Assembly (NCBI GenBank): GCA_963829525.1
Contig: CAWHIJ010000003.1
Coordinates: 2,688,001 to 2,752,000, forward strand
Direction of reading: 5' to 3'
Length of the DNA stretch: 64,000 nt
From: an uncultured Actinomycetota bacterium
GTDB taxonomy: Bacteria > Actinomycetota > Actinomycetes > JAHEKZ01
Of the stretch, positions 39,095-47,372 are shown in pieces (position 1 is the first letter of the stretch; every line of letters starts with the position of its first letter). Below the pieces are notes generated by a model. The model worked only from the letters and a program-made list of their open reading frames with translations, was not told the DNA's origin and ran no database searches. The position numbers and the translations under genes are program-made.

Positions 39095-39290
39095 CTCCCC
39101 TGCCTCACACTGAACCGCGCACCTGAGTTCAACCGCGCCCAAAGCTCGGGTACTGCCAAGAATCCGCGCCCCCGACACTCGCTCCGGGGCCAGTTCGAGC
39201 AGGAATCCAGCCCCCTAGACTCAACAAGCCCCGATCCGACCAGATCGCGGCAGGGTCCAGCAGGTTTCCCACAAGGAATCCCGCACGTCC

Positions 39291-39300
39291 CGCCCTCGTA
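39291..39300 (+). repeat. Target-site duplication copy 2 (CGCCCTCGTA)
   Basis: Lies between CCGCACGTCC (39281-39290) and its reverse complement GGACGTGCGG (39301-39310). Confidence 0.9.
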
Positions 39301-39665
39301 GGACGTGCGGAAAACTCCCGGCACCCCTGCTGACCTGCATGGTCGCTATGGGCGAACCGCCCTGTGGAAGTGGGATGGCCCCGATCTGGAAGTAGGTCAT
39401 CGTCCAGATTGGGTTCGTTACCAAGACTTTCCTCAGAGTGGGTGCTCGGCTTCTCTTTGGAACTTGCAGTCGCAGTCCTCAGCTCGCTCCAGCTGCTTGG
39501 TGAACTTGTGGTGACCTCACACCGGCGGGCGCTGGACTGGCTCCCGATTGTCAGGCTTGGCGCACATAATCCCAGTTATCGCACGCTGGTGAACTGGTGC
39601 AGGGCAACTCAGAGTGCCTGGTGTGACCCGACGGCGCGGTCGGCGTGAGGCGGCGCGGAACGCAG

Positions 39666-39699
39666 TGGAGCCCCCGAGGGAATGTCCTCAGGGGCTCCA
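39666..39699 (-). terminator. Hairpin after adhesin gene
   Basis: TGGAGCCCC...GGGGCTCCA stem about 15 nt past the stop at 39714; no U-tract. Confidence 0.55.
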
Positions 39700-39713
39700 G
39701 TGATGCTGCGGTT

Positions 39714-42700
39714 CTACGTGCTGTCGTTGGTGTCTCCCTGACTCAGGCTGTAGTCGACGTTGGTGTCGGTGCCGATGCCGCCGGAGAAGAAGTCTCCACC
39801 TGCACCGCCGGTGAGGCGGTCATCGCCGTCACCGCCGAGGAGCCGGTCCGGGCCGCGCCCACCTGCCAACACATCGTTGCCGTTCCCGCCGTTGAGGACG
39901 TCGGCACCATTTCCCCCACAGAGCAGGTCCGCGCCATCGAGACCCTTCAATGTGTTCGCTCCGGCTAGACCGAACAACATGTCCACACCAGCGGTTCCGG
40001 TCAAGGTGTCGCCGCCTGAGGTCCCGGCTATGACCCGAATAGTGGCCGACGTGCTGCCACCGGCTCCGTCCGAAACGGACACCGTCAGTGTGCTGGTGCC
40101 TGACTTCTTCGCCAGAGCCGACACTGACAAGGTCCGGGTGCTTCCTGCGCCGGTGACGGTCACGCGACTGTTCGGCAGCAGTCCGGTGTTGCTGGAGGTG
40201 ACCGACACCGTCAGCCCCGAGTTGGGTGAGTCGACATCGGAGAGAGTCAGAAGCATCTGGCCCGATGCAGCGGTATCACTGGTACAGACCGCCGGTGTCA
40301 CCGCCACGGTAGGCGCGTCATTGACCGCGAGGACGTTGATCCTGACGAGGGCAGTCAAACTCTGCCCGCCGTTGCCGTCAGATGCCTGGTACCAGAAACC
40401 GTCCCCGCCGTTGAAGTCCGCGTTGGGTGTGTACGTGAACGAGCCGTTGGCGTTCAGCGACAGTGTCCCGTAGGAAGGCCCACTGACCAGCGCCGCCGTC
40501 AATGCGTCTCCGGCATCGACGTCGGTGTCATTGCTGAGAATGCCCGGGGTCGCGACAGTCAGTGCCGTGTCCTCGGTCGTGAAGTACCCGTCGTTGCGCG
40601 CGACCGGCGCGTCATTGACCCCGACGACCTCGATCGTGACGGTCGTAGTATTACTCTGCCCACCGTTGCCGTCCGATGCCTGGTACGTGAAACCGTCCGA
40701 GCCGTTGAAGTTCCCGTCAGGTGTGTAGGTAAAGGAGCCGTTGGCGTTCAGCGTCAGCGAACCGCTTGAGGCATCGGTCACAAGCACCGCATGCAACGTG
40801 TCTCCGGCATCGTCGTCAGTGTCATTGCCCAGCACCCCAGGCGCGGCCACAGTCAGCGGCGTGTCCTCGTTCGTTGAGTACGCGTCATCGTCTGCGACCG
40901 GTGAGGAGTTAGGCGGCGACACGCTGATTCTGACTGTCGCGATGTTGCTTTGAGCGCCGAGGAAATCTTTGGCCCGGTAGGTGAACCAGTCAACCCCAGT
41001 GAACCCCGGATCCGGGCTGTAGAGGGGCGGGTCGCACACTCCCAAACACCTCTGCGTGACCGAGCCGTGTTCCGGCTGCTGCACGATCACGATGTCCCGG
41101 TACTGCAAGAGGTCACCGTCCGGGTCGGAGTCGTTATCAAACACCCGGATGGTTACCTCGCTACCTGGGCCAGCGTTTACCACGTCGGCCGTGTCGTCTA
41201 CGGCGATAGGTGCCACGTCGGCAACCACTGTGATCGTCACCGTCGCGGTGTCGGTTCTTACACCGTCGGACACTTCATAGGTCAGGGTGTCGAGGCCGAC
41301 GAACCCTGGATTAGGCGTGTAGCGAAGAAGACCACCACTCGGGGACAACAGTGCGGTGCCGTTGTCCGCTTCCGTGAGAATCTGGTACGTCAGAGGATCG
41401 CCGTCCGGATCGGAGTCATTCGCTGCCGTGTCGATGGCGATCTCTTCGCCAGCGGTAGGCCCGGACCGTGTGGTCCCCGAGTCATCACCGGCGACCGGTG
41501 CAGTGTTGCAGGACTCATAGACGATCGCTGTACCAGAAAATGACTCCGCCCCGGTGATCGTGCCTCCGCACTTGTTCGTGAAGGTGCCGTCCACAGCCAC
41601 CTGTGAGGTGTTGTTGAACTCCCCATAGTTGAGATAGTCGCCATACACCGTGATGTCGCCATCGTTGTTGACCACGCCACGGTTGGCCCCGCCGAGGCGT
41701 AGCGTGCCACTGAGCCTGTTCCGGATGGCCCCCCCGGCGATGTTCGAGATGTTTCCGCTCATGGTGCTGGTGCCGGTGTTCTCAAAGGTGCCGGAGTTGG
41801 ACATAGTTCCGGATCCGCTCAGCGTTCCGCTGTTGTCCAACCGCCCCTCGTTGACCACAGGAGCGTTGTTGTTCAAGGCCCCCGCGTTGCTGATTATCCC
41901 CTGGGCGTTGTTGTTCAGCGTTCCCCCGATGTTGTTGTTCAGCGTTCCCCCGATGTTGTTGTTCAGCCTTCCCCCGGGCTTGTTGTTCAAGGCCCCCGCG
42001 TTGCTGATTATCCCCTGGGCGTTGTTGTTCAGCGTTCCCCCGATGTTGTTGTTCAGCGTTCCCCCGGGGCGGTTGTTTAGCCTTCCCCCGGGGTTGTTGT
42101 TCAGCGTCCCCCCGTTGTTCAGCGTCCCCCCGGGGTCGTTGTTCAGCGTCCCCCCGGGGTCGTTGTTCAGCGTTCCCCCGGGGCGGTTGTTCAGCGTTCC
42201 CCCGTTGTTGTTGTTCAGCGTCCCGAGGTTGTTCAGCGTCCCGAGGTTGTTCAGCGTCCTGAAGTTGTTCAGCGTCGCCAAGTTCGTCAGCGTCCCGGCG
42301 TTGATGTTCAGCGTCGCCACGTTCGTCAGCGTCCCGGCGTTGATGTCCAGCGTCCCGGCGTTGATGTTCAGCGTCCCAGCGTTGATGTCCAGCGTCCCGG
42401 CGTTGATGTTCAGTGCCCCTGTGCTATTCAGCGTCCCTGTGCTATTCAGCGTCCCCGTGGTGTTCAGCGTCCCCGTGCTGGTCAGCGTCCCGAAGTTGGT
42501 CAGGGTCGCAAAGTTGTTCAGGGTCGCAAAGTTGTTCAGTGTCCCGAAGTTGTTCAGTATCGCCGTGTTTTGAATGGACGAGTAGGAGTTCGCGATCGTG
42601 ATGGTGCCGGTGTTGTCTGTCGTGTAGTCGTTGTAGAGGGCGCCACTGCTGACACTGTCGCCGAGGATGAGGGTGCCGTCGTTCCGGAAGGCGTATTCAC

Positions 42701-42977
42701 CTGTGACGCCATCAGCGAAGAAAGGCCGCAACTTCCAGCCGCCGCTCACCGTCAGAGTGTCTCCGGTGGGAAGTGTGCCGCTGTACAGCAAGCATTCCTG
42801 ATCCGCAGAAACGGCGGTTCCGGTTCCACCAATACCGGCGAGAAAAGTGAAACAGGAGAATGAGGAGTTCACGCTGTAGGCGCTCGCCGCGTCCGCCGGG
42901 GCAGCCATCAAAAGACTCGTCACCAACACGCCGACAGTGCTCACAACCGCACGGGCGGAACGCCTCGAAAGCCGCAT
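39714..42977 (-). CDS. Secreted adhesin-like protein: Asn-rich solenoid repeats, tandem-95/Ig-like repeats, RTX tail (transposon cargo)
   Basis: Signal peptide; (G/A)TLNN repeats; NDAPVA.DD...NDSDPDGD...FTYTP..F.G.D.F.Y modules; GGxGxD nonapeptides. Confidence 0.85.
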   Translation of the reverse strand: MRLSRRSARAVVSTVGVLVTSLLMAAPADAASAYSVNSSFSCFTFLAGIGGTGTAVSADQECLLYSGTLPTGDTLTVSGGWKLRPFFADGVTGEYAFRNDGTLILGDSVSSGALYNDYTTDNTGTITIANSYSSIQNTAILNNFGTLNNFATLNNFATLTNFGTLTSTGTLNTTGTLNSTGTLNSTGALNINAGTLDINAGTLNINAGTLDINAGTLTNVATLNINAGTLTNLATLNNFRTLNNLGTLNNLGTLNNNNGGTLNNRPGGTLNNDPGGTLNNDPGGTLNNGGTLNNNPGGRLNNRPGGTLNNNIGGTLNNNAQGIISNAGALNNKPGGRLNNNIGGTLNNNIGGTLNNNAQGIISNAGALNNNAPVVNEGRLDNSGTLSGSGTMSNSGTFENTGTSTMSGNISNIAGGAIRNRLSGTLRLGGANRGVVNNDGDITVYGDYLNYGEFNNTSQVAVDGTFTNKCGGTITGAESFSGTAIVYESCNTAPVAGDDSGTTRSGPTAGEEIAIDTAANDSDPDGDPLTYQILTEADNGTALLSPSGGLLRYTPNPGFVGLDTLTYEVSDGVRTDTATVTITVVADVAPIAVDDTADVVNAGPGSEVTIRVFDNDSDPDGDLLQYRDIVIVQQPEHGSVTQRCLGVCDPPLYSPDPGFTGVDWFTYRAKDFLGAQSNIATVRISVSPPNSSPVADDDAYSTNEDTPLTVAAPGVLGNDTDDDAGDTLHAVLVTDASSGSLTLNANGSFTYTPDGNFNGSDGFTYQASDGNGGQSNTTTVTIEVVGVNDAPVARNDGYFTTEDTALTVATPGILSNDTDVDAGDALTAALVSGPSYGTLSLNANGSFTYTPNADFNGGDGFWYQASDGNGGQSLTALVRINVLAVNDAPTVAVTPAVCTSDTAASGQMLLTLSDVDSPNSGLTVSVTSSNTGLLPNSRVTVTGAGSTRTLSVSALAKKSGTSTLTVSVSDGAGGSTSATIRVIAGTSGGDTLTGTAGVDMLFGLAGANTLKGLDGADLLCGGNGADVLNGGNGNDVLAGGRGPDRLLGGDGDDRLTGGAGGDFFSGGIGTDTNVDYSLSQGDTNDST
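41860..42560 (-). repeat. Coding tandem repeats, 18/21/24-bp units
   Basis: Recurring gttgttcagcgt(c/t)cc core on the + strand, in frame with the adhesin. Confidence 0.9.
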
Positions 42978-43129
42978 CTCTGTAGTCCCTTCGATGGCCG
43001 AGGGGCGAGCGGGGGCGCCCGTATTCCCTGGCGAGTTTCCCGGACCATACACGCCACCGGAGGGGGAGCATGATGGAAAGTGCACCGAACTCTTACCTAG
43101 CCCGCCGGTTTGTCCGATTTCGACCACGG

Positions 43130-43936
43130 AAGGCTCTCACCGTCACGTACGGTCTGAGGCGCGGTGGCTTCAACGGCCTAGCGAGGCGTCACGGGTTGAA
43201 AGGAGGAGTCACCGATTGGCGACCCGATCCAGCCTGACCCACCGCACGATAAGACCCGCTATCGCGCGTCGTACACGGAGCGCTGTGCGCGAAACCCATA
43301 TCACCCAGGTTCAGACCGTAGCCGGTTGCCCGGTGATCTCCCCCGCTCGCCGCAAGCAAAGAACGAGGCGGAATCGTCATCGGCAAGCACGGACACGCTG
43401 CCGCACAGCTCCCGCCGAGCCGGGCGCGCACAGCGTGGATACAAGAGTGTGGAGGACACACCCTCTACGCCGCCGGCGGAGCCATCTACGAGCGGACCGT
43501 GACCGCCGACGGAAGCCTTGACTTCGTCGAAGTGATACGGCACCAGACCAAACGGAACCGCAAGCCGGACGGCAGTTGGGCGTTCTACGCCCGCCACACC
43601 CTGACCTGTCGATCGAGTGACGTGGTGCACGACTGGTGGGAGCCGCTCACGCCGACCCAAACGGATGAGGAACACAAGTTCAACCGCAGCGACTACCTGC
43701 GCGTCCTACCTCCAACGGATCCCGACTACTCCCGCGTCTACGGCATGCGCGCAGACACCGAGTCACTCAACGCGCAGTTCGAGCGCGCCTTCTACAACCG
43801 GCGGCTCCCCGCGTGGGGTTTGCACAACCAGACCGTCATCGTGCTGATGGCCGCACTCGCCCAGAACGCTTGGGCCCGCCATACCTGGCAGCGAGCGATC
43901 GACCGACAACAGTCACCGCCCCAAGTGGCCGCCTGA
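43130..43936 (+). pseudogene. Degraded DDE transposase, copy 2
   Basis: Paralog of 38138-39094 with the same C-terminus; frameshift near 43356; decayed 5' part. Confidence 0.8.
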
Positions 43937-44132
43937 CTCCCCTGCCTCACACTGAACCGCCCACCGAACTCGACCACGCCCATAGGCCGGGTAGTGCCAA
44001 GAATCCGCGCCCCAGACACTCGTTCCGGGGCCGATTCGAGCAGGAATCCGGCCCCTTAGACTTAGCCCGCCTCGATCCGACCAGATCGAAGCAGGGTCCA
44101 GCAGGTTTCCCACAAGGAATCCCGCACGTCCC

Positions 44133-44208
44133 GCCCTCGTAGCTCAGGGGATAGAGCATCGGTTTCCTAAACCGTGTGTCGCAGGTTCGAATCCTGCCGA
44201 GGGCACCA
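44133..44208 (+). tRNA. tRNA-Arg(CCT)
   Basis: GCCCTCGTAGCTCAGGGGATAGAGCATCGGTTTCCTAAACCGTGTGTCGCAGGTTCGAATCCTGCCGAGGGCACCA. Confidence 0.95.
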
Positions 44209-44234
44209 AGCAAAAGTACAGGTCAGAGACCATT

Positions 44235-44420
44235 TCAAGGCTCTCCCCCAACCACTCTGAGGTGGTCGCCTTCCGCTGCAGTCCGCAATAAGTCCGCACG
44301 CGCTTCCATCGCGTCCCGATTCAGGCTCTCAGCCAGGTCATCTAAGTGACCGTCGAAGAGATGCGTGTACACGTCCAACGTCGTCGAGGTGTCCGCGTGC
44401 CCCATCATGTTCTGCACCGC
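44235..44420 (-). pseudogene. Tyrosine integrase C-terminal remnant
   Basis: VQNMMGHADTSTTLDVYTHLF (box II His/Tyr). Confidence 0.8.
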
Positions 44421-44780
44421 GCTCCCGTCAATGAACGAGATCGATGCCCGGTCGGTGTATGGCGGGACGATCTTCCCGAACGTCATGATCGACACCTCGG
44501 GCACCAGCATCATTGTCACGCAGCTGTTCCCCCTCGGGCAGGGACGCACCCGTCAGGTGGCGTGGTACCTCTTCCACCCCGACACGATCAGCTCTCCTGA
44601 CTTCGACCCCAGCGCCCTCGTAGCGTTCGGTGAACTCGTTGCCGGCCAGAACAACGCCATCTGCGAACGGGTGCAGCTCGGGGTCAGCTCGCAGGCGTTC
44701 GCGCACGGCGTCTACCCGGAGAAGGACATGTACGTCTATGAGTTCAACCAGCGTTATCTGCGGGAGCGCGACGGCAACTA
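44421..44780 (+). pseudogene. Rieske oxygenase alpha-subunit C-terminal fragment
   Basis: IFPNVMI...QNNAICERVQLGVSS...G; no Rieske domain or start. Confidence 0.65.
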
Positions 44781-44802
44781 CACCACAACGGGCCGCGGAG
44801 TC

Positions 44803-45468
44803 TCACCCGATATTGCCGAGGGTGATCTTCATCAGTCGGACACCGTTCTTGGTGCTCGGCTGGAAGTGTCGTGCCTGGTTGTAGACATTGACCAGGTACC
44901 TGCCGTCCAGCACGGCAATGTGCAGCTCGCGGGTCTTGCGGTACCGGTCGGACGTCTCCAGGGTCTGAACTGTGCGGTAGGCGACGCTTCCCTGGGCCAA
45001 GAAGGGCACCGGTTGTTCCCACAACCGAGCTGTGGTTCCATCTGCGGACTGCTCGCCCATGCACTTGCGGACGAAGCGCTGCTGCAACCAGAACGCATCC
45101 ATCGCTTGCTTCTTGGTGTGGAACTTGAACACGAACGCGGCAGGGTCTTCCACGCCCTCGAAGTAGGGCATATCGCCGTTCTCGAGACTGTAGCTCGACC
45201 AACGCCCGTCGGACGCCTCGAAGGCGCTCGTCCAGTCCCAGCACGAGAACCGCCATCCCAGCCCCACATAGGTGCCGACTTGACGCTTGCCACCGGCGAG
45301 GTCGGGATAGATCCTGCTCACCTGCTCCACCGTCGGCAGGTAGCTCGCGTAGACGCGGTCCCTCGGCTCGACGGCGGCACTGGCAGCTGGCACCAGCCCA
45401 AGGCCTACCACGGTCAGAGCGGCCGACGCCGCCAGCACGCGACGGAGGAGGCCGTGACCGGCCATCAT
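44803..45468 (-). CDS. Secreted hypothetical protein
   Basis: Signal peptide ending ASA-A; two Cys. Confidence 0.65.
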   Translation of the reverse strand: MMAGHGLLRRVLAASAALTVVGLGLVPAASAAVEPRDRVYASYLPTVEQVSRIYPDLAGGKRQVGTYVGLGWRFSCWDWTSAFEASDGRWSSYSLENGDMPYFEGVEDPAAFVFKFHTKKQAMDAFWLQQRFVRKCMGEQSADGTTARLWEQPVPFLAQGSVAYRTVQTLETSDRYRKTRELHIAVLDGRYLVNVYNQARHFQPSTKNGVRLMKITLGNIG

Positions 45469-45762
45469 GACGATCACCAACTTTCCGACGCGGGGCCCGT
45501 TGGATGCGACCCGAGGCCTCCTACATGTATCAGTGTCGCCACGGGTTGCGGCAGGGCCCAACGACCCCGAGTCGTCGGCCGCTCAGGCGCTGCGGGCTCT
45601 GCGTGCGAACTTCACCGCCGGTGGCAGGTCGCGTGGGTCTACCGGGCCCTGGCGAGGGTGCAGGAAGATCCCGGCCGGACCACACCCGCCCCCGCATGGC
45701 GTTGTCCAGGCTCACCCCGACCGTCAGCCTGGGATGCCGCCGGCACGCGGTCAAGACTCCAG

Positions 45763-45864
45763 GTCAGCAAGATCTTGGCGAAGCTCGGAGAGCGGAGAAG
45801 CACTGAAGCGGCGCTCCGAGCCTTCCAGTCAGGCTTGATCGAAAGGACACCACTGTCGAGCTGA
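45763..45864 (+). pseudogene. LuxR/NarL HTH C-terminal remnant
   Basis: VSKILAKLG.R..TEAALRAFQSGLI. Confidence 0.5.
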
Positions 45865-46015
45865 CCGTGCCCGGCATGTCACGACATGGCGATCGACCCT
45901 GTCGCCACCTCCGACGTCCAGACGAGGATGGAGCAAAGAGTCCACGCGTGGTCGCGAGATGCCTTGCACATCGGCGTTGCTCGAGAGCGATCGCCTGGCA
46001 CTTCGGGAGGCACTC

Positions 46016-46924
46016 ATGGCAACCCTCACTGCGAACGGCTCCAAGCCTCGGAGCATTGCACCCAGAGGCAACCGAAGCACCTCGCGAACGTGCCTGACGG
46101 TGGTCCTGACGACGCTGACCGCCGGATTCGTCTGGACCTCCTCGCCTGCAGTCTCGGCTGCCCCGACGTGCTTCGGCATGCCTGCAACCATCACGGGCAC
46201 CCCTGAGCACGGCGTGTTGCGAGGAACGACCGGTGCAGACGTCATCGTCGGCCTTGGTGGCCGGGACGAGATCCACGGGCGTGGCGGGAACGACGTCATC
46301 TGTGGCGGAGCGCGTCAGGACTACGTGTTCGCCGGCGGAGGCAGCGACAAGCTCGCGGGCGGCGGCGGGGATGACCGGATGTTCGGGGGAGCAGGCGCGG
46401 ACCTTCTGCGGGGAGGTCGCGGTAGGGATGGCTTGGTCGGCCAGAGCGGTGACGACCTCCTGTTGGGCGGCATCGGTGACGACGAGGTGGGCGACCCCAC
46501 GCTCGAGTCCGGCGACGATCGACTCCGTGGGCAAGCCGGGAACGACTACCTCCAGCCCGGCGTCGGCGATGACGTCGCGCGCGGCGGGGCCGGTAGTGAC
46601 ACGGTGCTCTACCGCGGCCTCGGGATCTCGATCAACGGGCGTCTGGCCCTCGGGTTGGTCACCGGCGCCGGCACGGACAGGCTGTCCAGCGTGGACAACC
46701 TCGTGGGTTCCGACGTGGCTGACCGGCTGGTTGGTAACGCTCGCACGAACGAGCTTCTCGGTGGCTGGGGCAACGACCAGCTGTTCGGACGGGGAGGAGA
46801 TGACGTGATCTGGGGCGACCAAGGCAGCGACCTACTCAACGGCGGCGCCGGAGTGGACACGCTCAACGGAGGCGAGGGCCGAGACAGCTGCATCGCGGGA
46901 GAAGAGCGCGTCTCGTGTGAGTAG
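46016..46924 (+). CDS. Secreted hemolysin-type Ca-binding (RTX) repeat protein
   Basis: Signal peptide, CFG.PATITG, many GGxGxD repeats. Confidence 0.85.
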   Translation: MATLTANGSKPRSIAPRGNRSTSRTCLTVVLTTLTAGFVWTSSPAVSAAPTCFGMPATITGTPEHGVLRGTTGADVIVGLGGRDEIHGRGGNDVICGGARQDYVFAGGGSDKLAGGGGDDRMFGGAGADLLRGGRGRDGLVGQSGDDLLLGGIGDDEVGDPTLESGDDRLRGQAGNDYLQPGVGDDVARGGAGSDTVLYRGLGISINGRLALGLVTGAGTDRLSSVDNLVGSDVADRLVGNARTNELLGGWGNDQLFGRGGDDVIWGDQGSDLLNGGAGVDTLNGGEGRDSCIAGEERVSCE

Positions 46925-47002
46925 CCAACCCCAGCGACGTTTCCTCAGGCCAGGGCGACGATGGGAGTTCTCACCACAGACGTCGGAAGGGCCGGGCATA
47001 CC

Positions 47003-47046
47003 TTCCTACACCGTGTGTCGCAGGTTCGATTCCTGCCGGGGGCACC
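47003..47046 (+). repeat. att-like duplicate of tRNA-Arg 3' half
   Basis: TTCCTACACCGTGTGTCGCAGGTTCGATTCCTGCCGGGGGCACC vs 44164-44207 (3 mismatches). Confidence 0.85.
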
Positions 47047-47372
47047 TGCCTTCGGCCTGACCTTGGCCCCTGCAAGTGAGCCGCGGGATCGCGATGTCGT
47101 GCAACTCATCGCGTCAGCTCGAGACCGCGGGACCCTTCGGGCTTGGTCCGTGGTGTTGTCCGAATGTCCGGCTTGAGCAAATTGTTCTTGAACGCCGGCT
47201 CGCTCACTCGCATCCCACTTTGACCCAGTCGCTCTCATAGTCAGTGCACCCTTGGTATTCTCGTGAACAGGGTCGCGAACCGGCCGTCGCCCGGACAGCA
47301 CCTCAACGGAGTTCGGCTAACTCTCGACCAAGTGCTCGTCCTACGTTCTTGGATTCACGCGCGTCGCGCGCC

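Larger units (their letters stand above)
35648..39290 (+). mobile_element. Cargo transposon 1 (non-autonomous) at tRNA-Arg 5' end
   Basis: Left end GGTGTTGCGGAAAAC, right end CCGCACGTCC, flanked by CGCCCTCGTA direct repeats; transposase remnant at right end. Confidence 0.85.
39301..44131 (+). mobile_element. Cargo transposon 2 (non-autonomous) at tRNA-Arg 5' end
   Basis: Perfect 10-bp TIRs GGACGTGCGG/CCGCACGTCC; flanked by CGCCCTCGTA at 39291 and 44132. Confidence 0.9.
44209..47046. mobile_element. Decayed integrative island at tRNA-Arg 3' end
   Basis: Integrase remnant next to the tRNA; 44-bp copy of the tRNA 3' half at 47003-47046. Confidence 0.75.

Noticed and set aside
39095-39290. Guide RNA in the transposon right end complementary to the tRNA target
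   Set aside because: No match to GCCCTCGTAG or its complement seen in the non-coding ends, and no TnpB, Cas or IS110-type protein is present.
41860-42560. CRISPR-like repeat array
   Set aside because: Units are 18-24 bp, multiples of 3, lack unique spacers, lie in frame within a protein, and no cas genes are present.
38440-44141. Duplicated ~850-bp block as assembly artefact or simple tandem duplication
   Set aside because: Copies differ by many substitutions, often synonymous, plus an indel, and are bounded by TIR/TSD structure.
44365-45864. 499-aa ORF as a real gene
   Set aside because: Chimeric read-through of integrase antisense, a Rieske fragment, antisense of a secreted-protein gene and a LuxR remnant.
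47003-47046. Second tRNA-Arg gene
   Set aside because: Only the 3' half is present, with no D-arm or 5' acceptor strand; treated as an att remnant.
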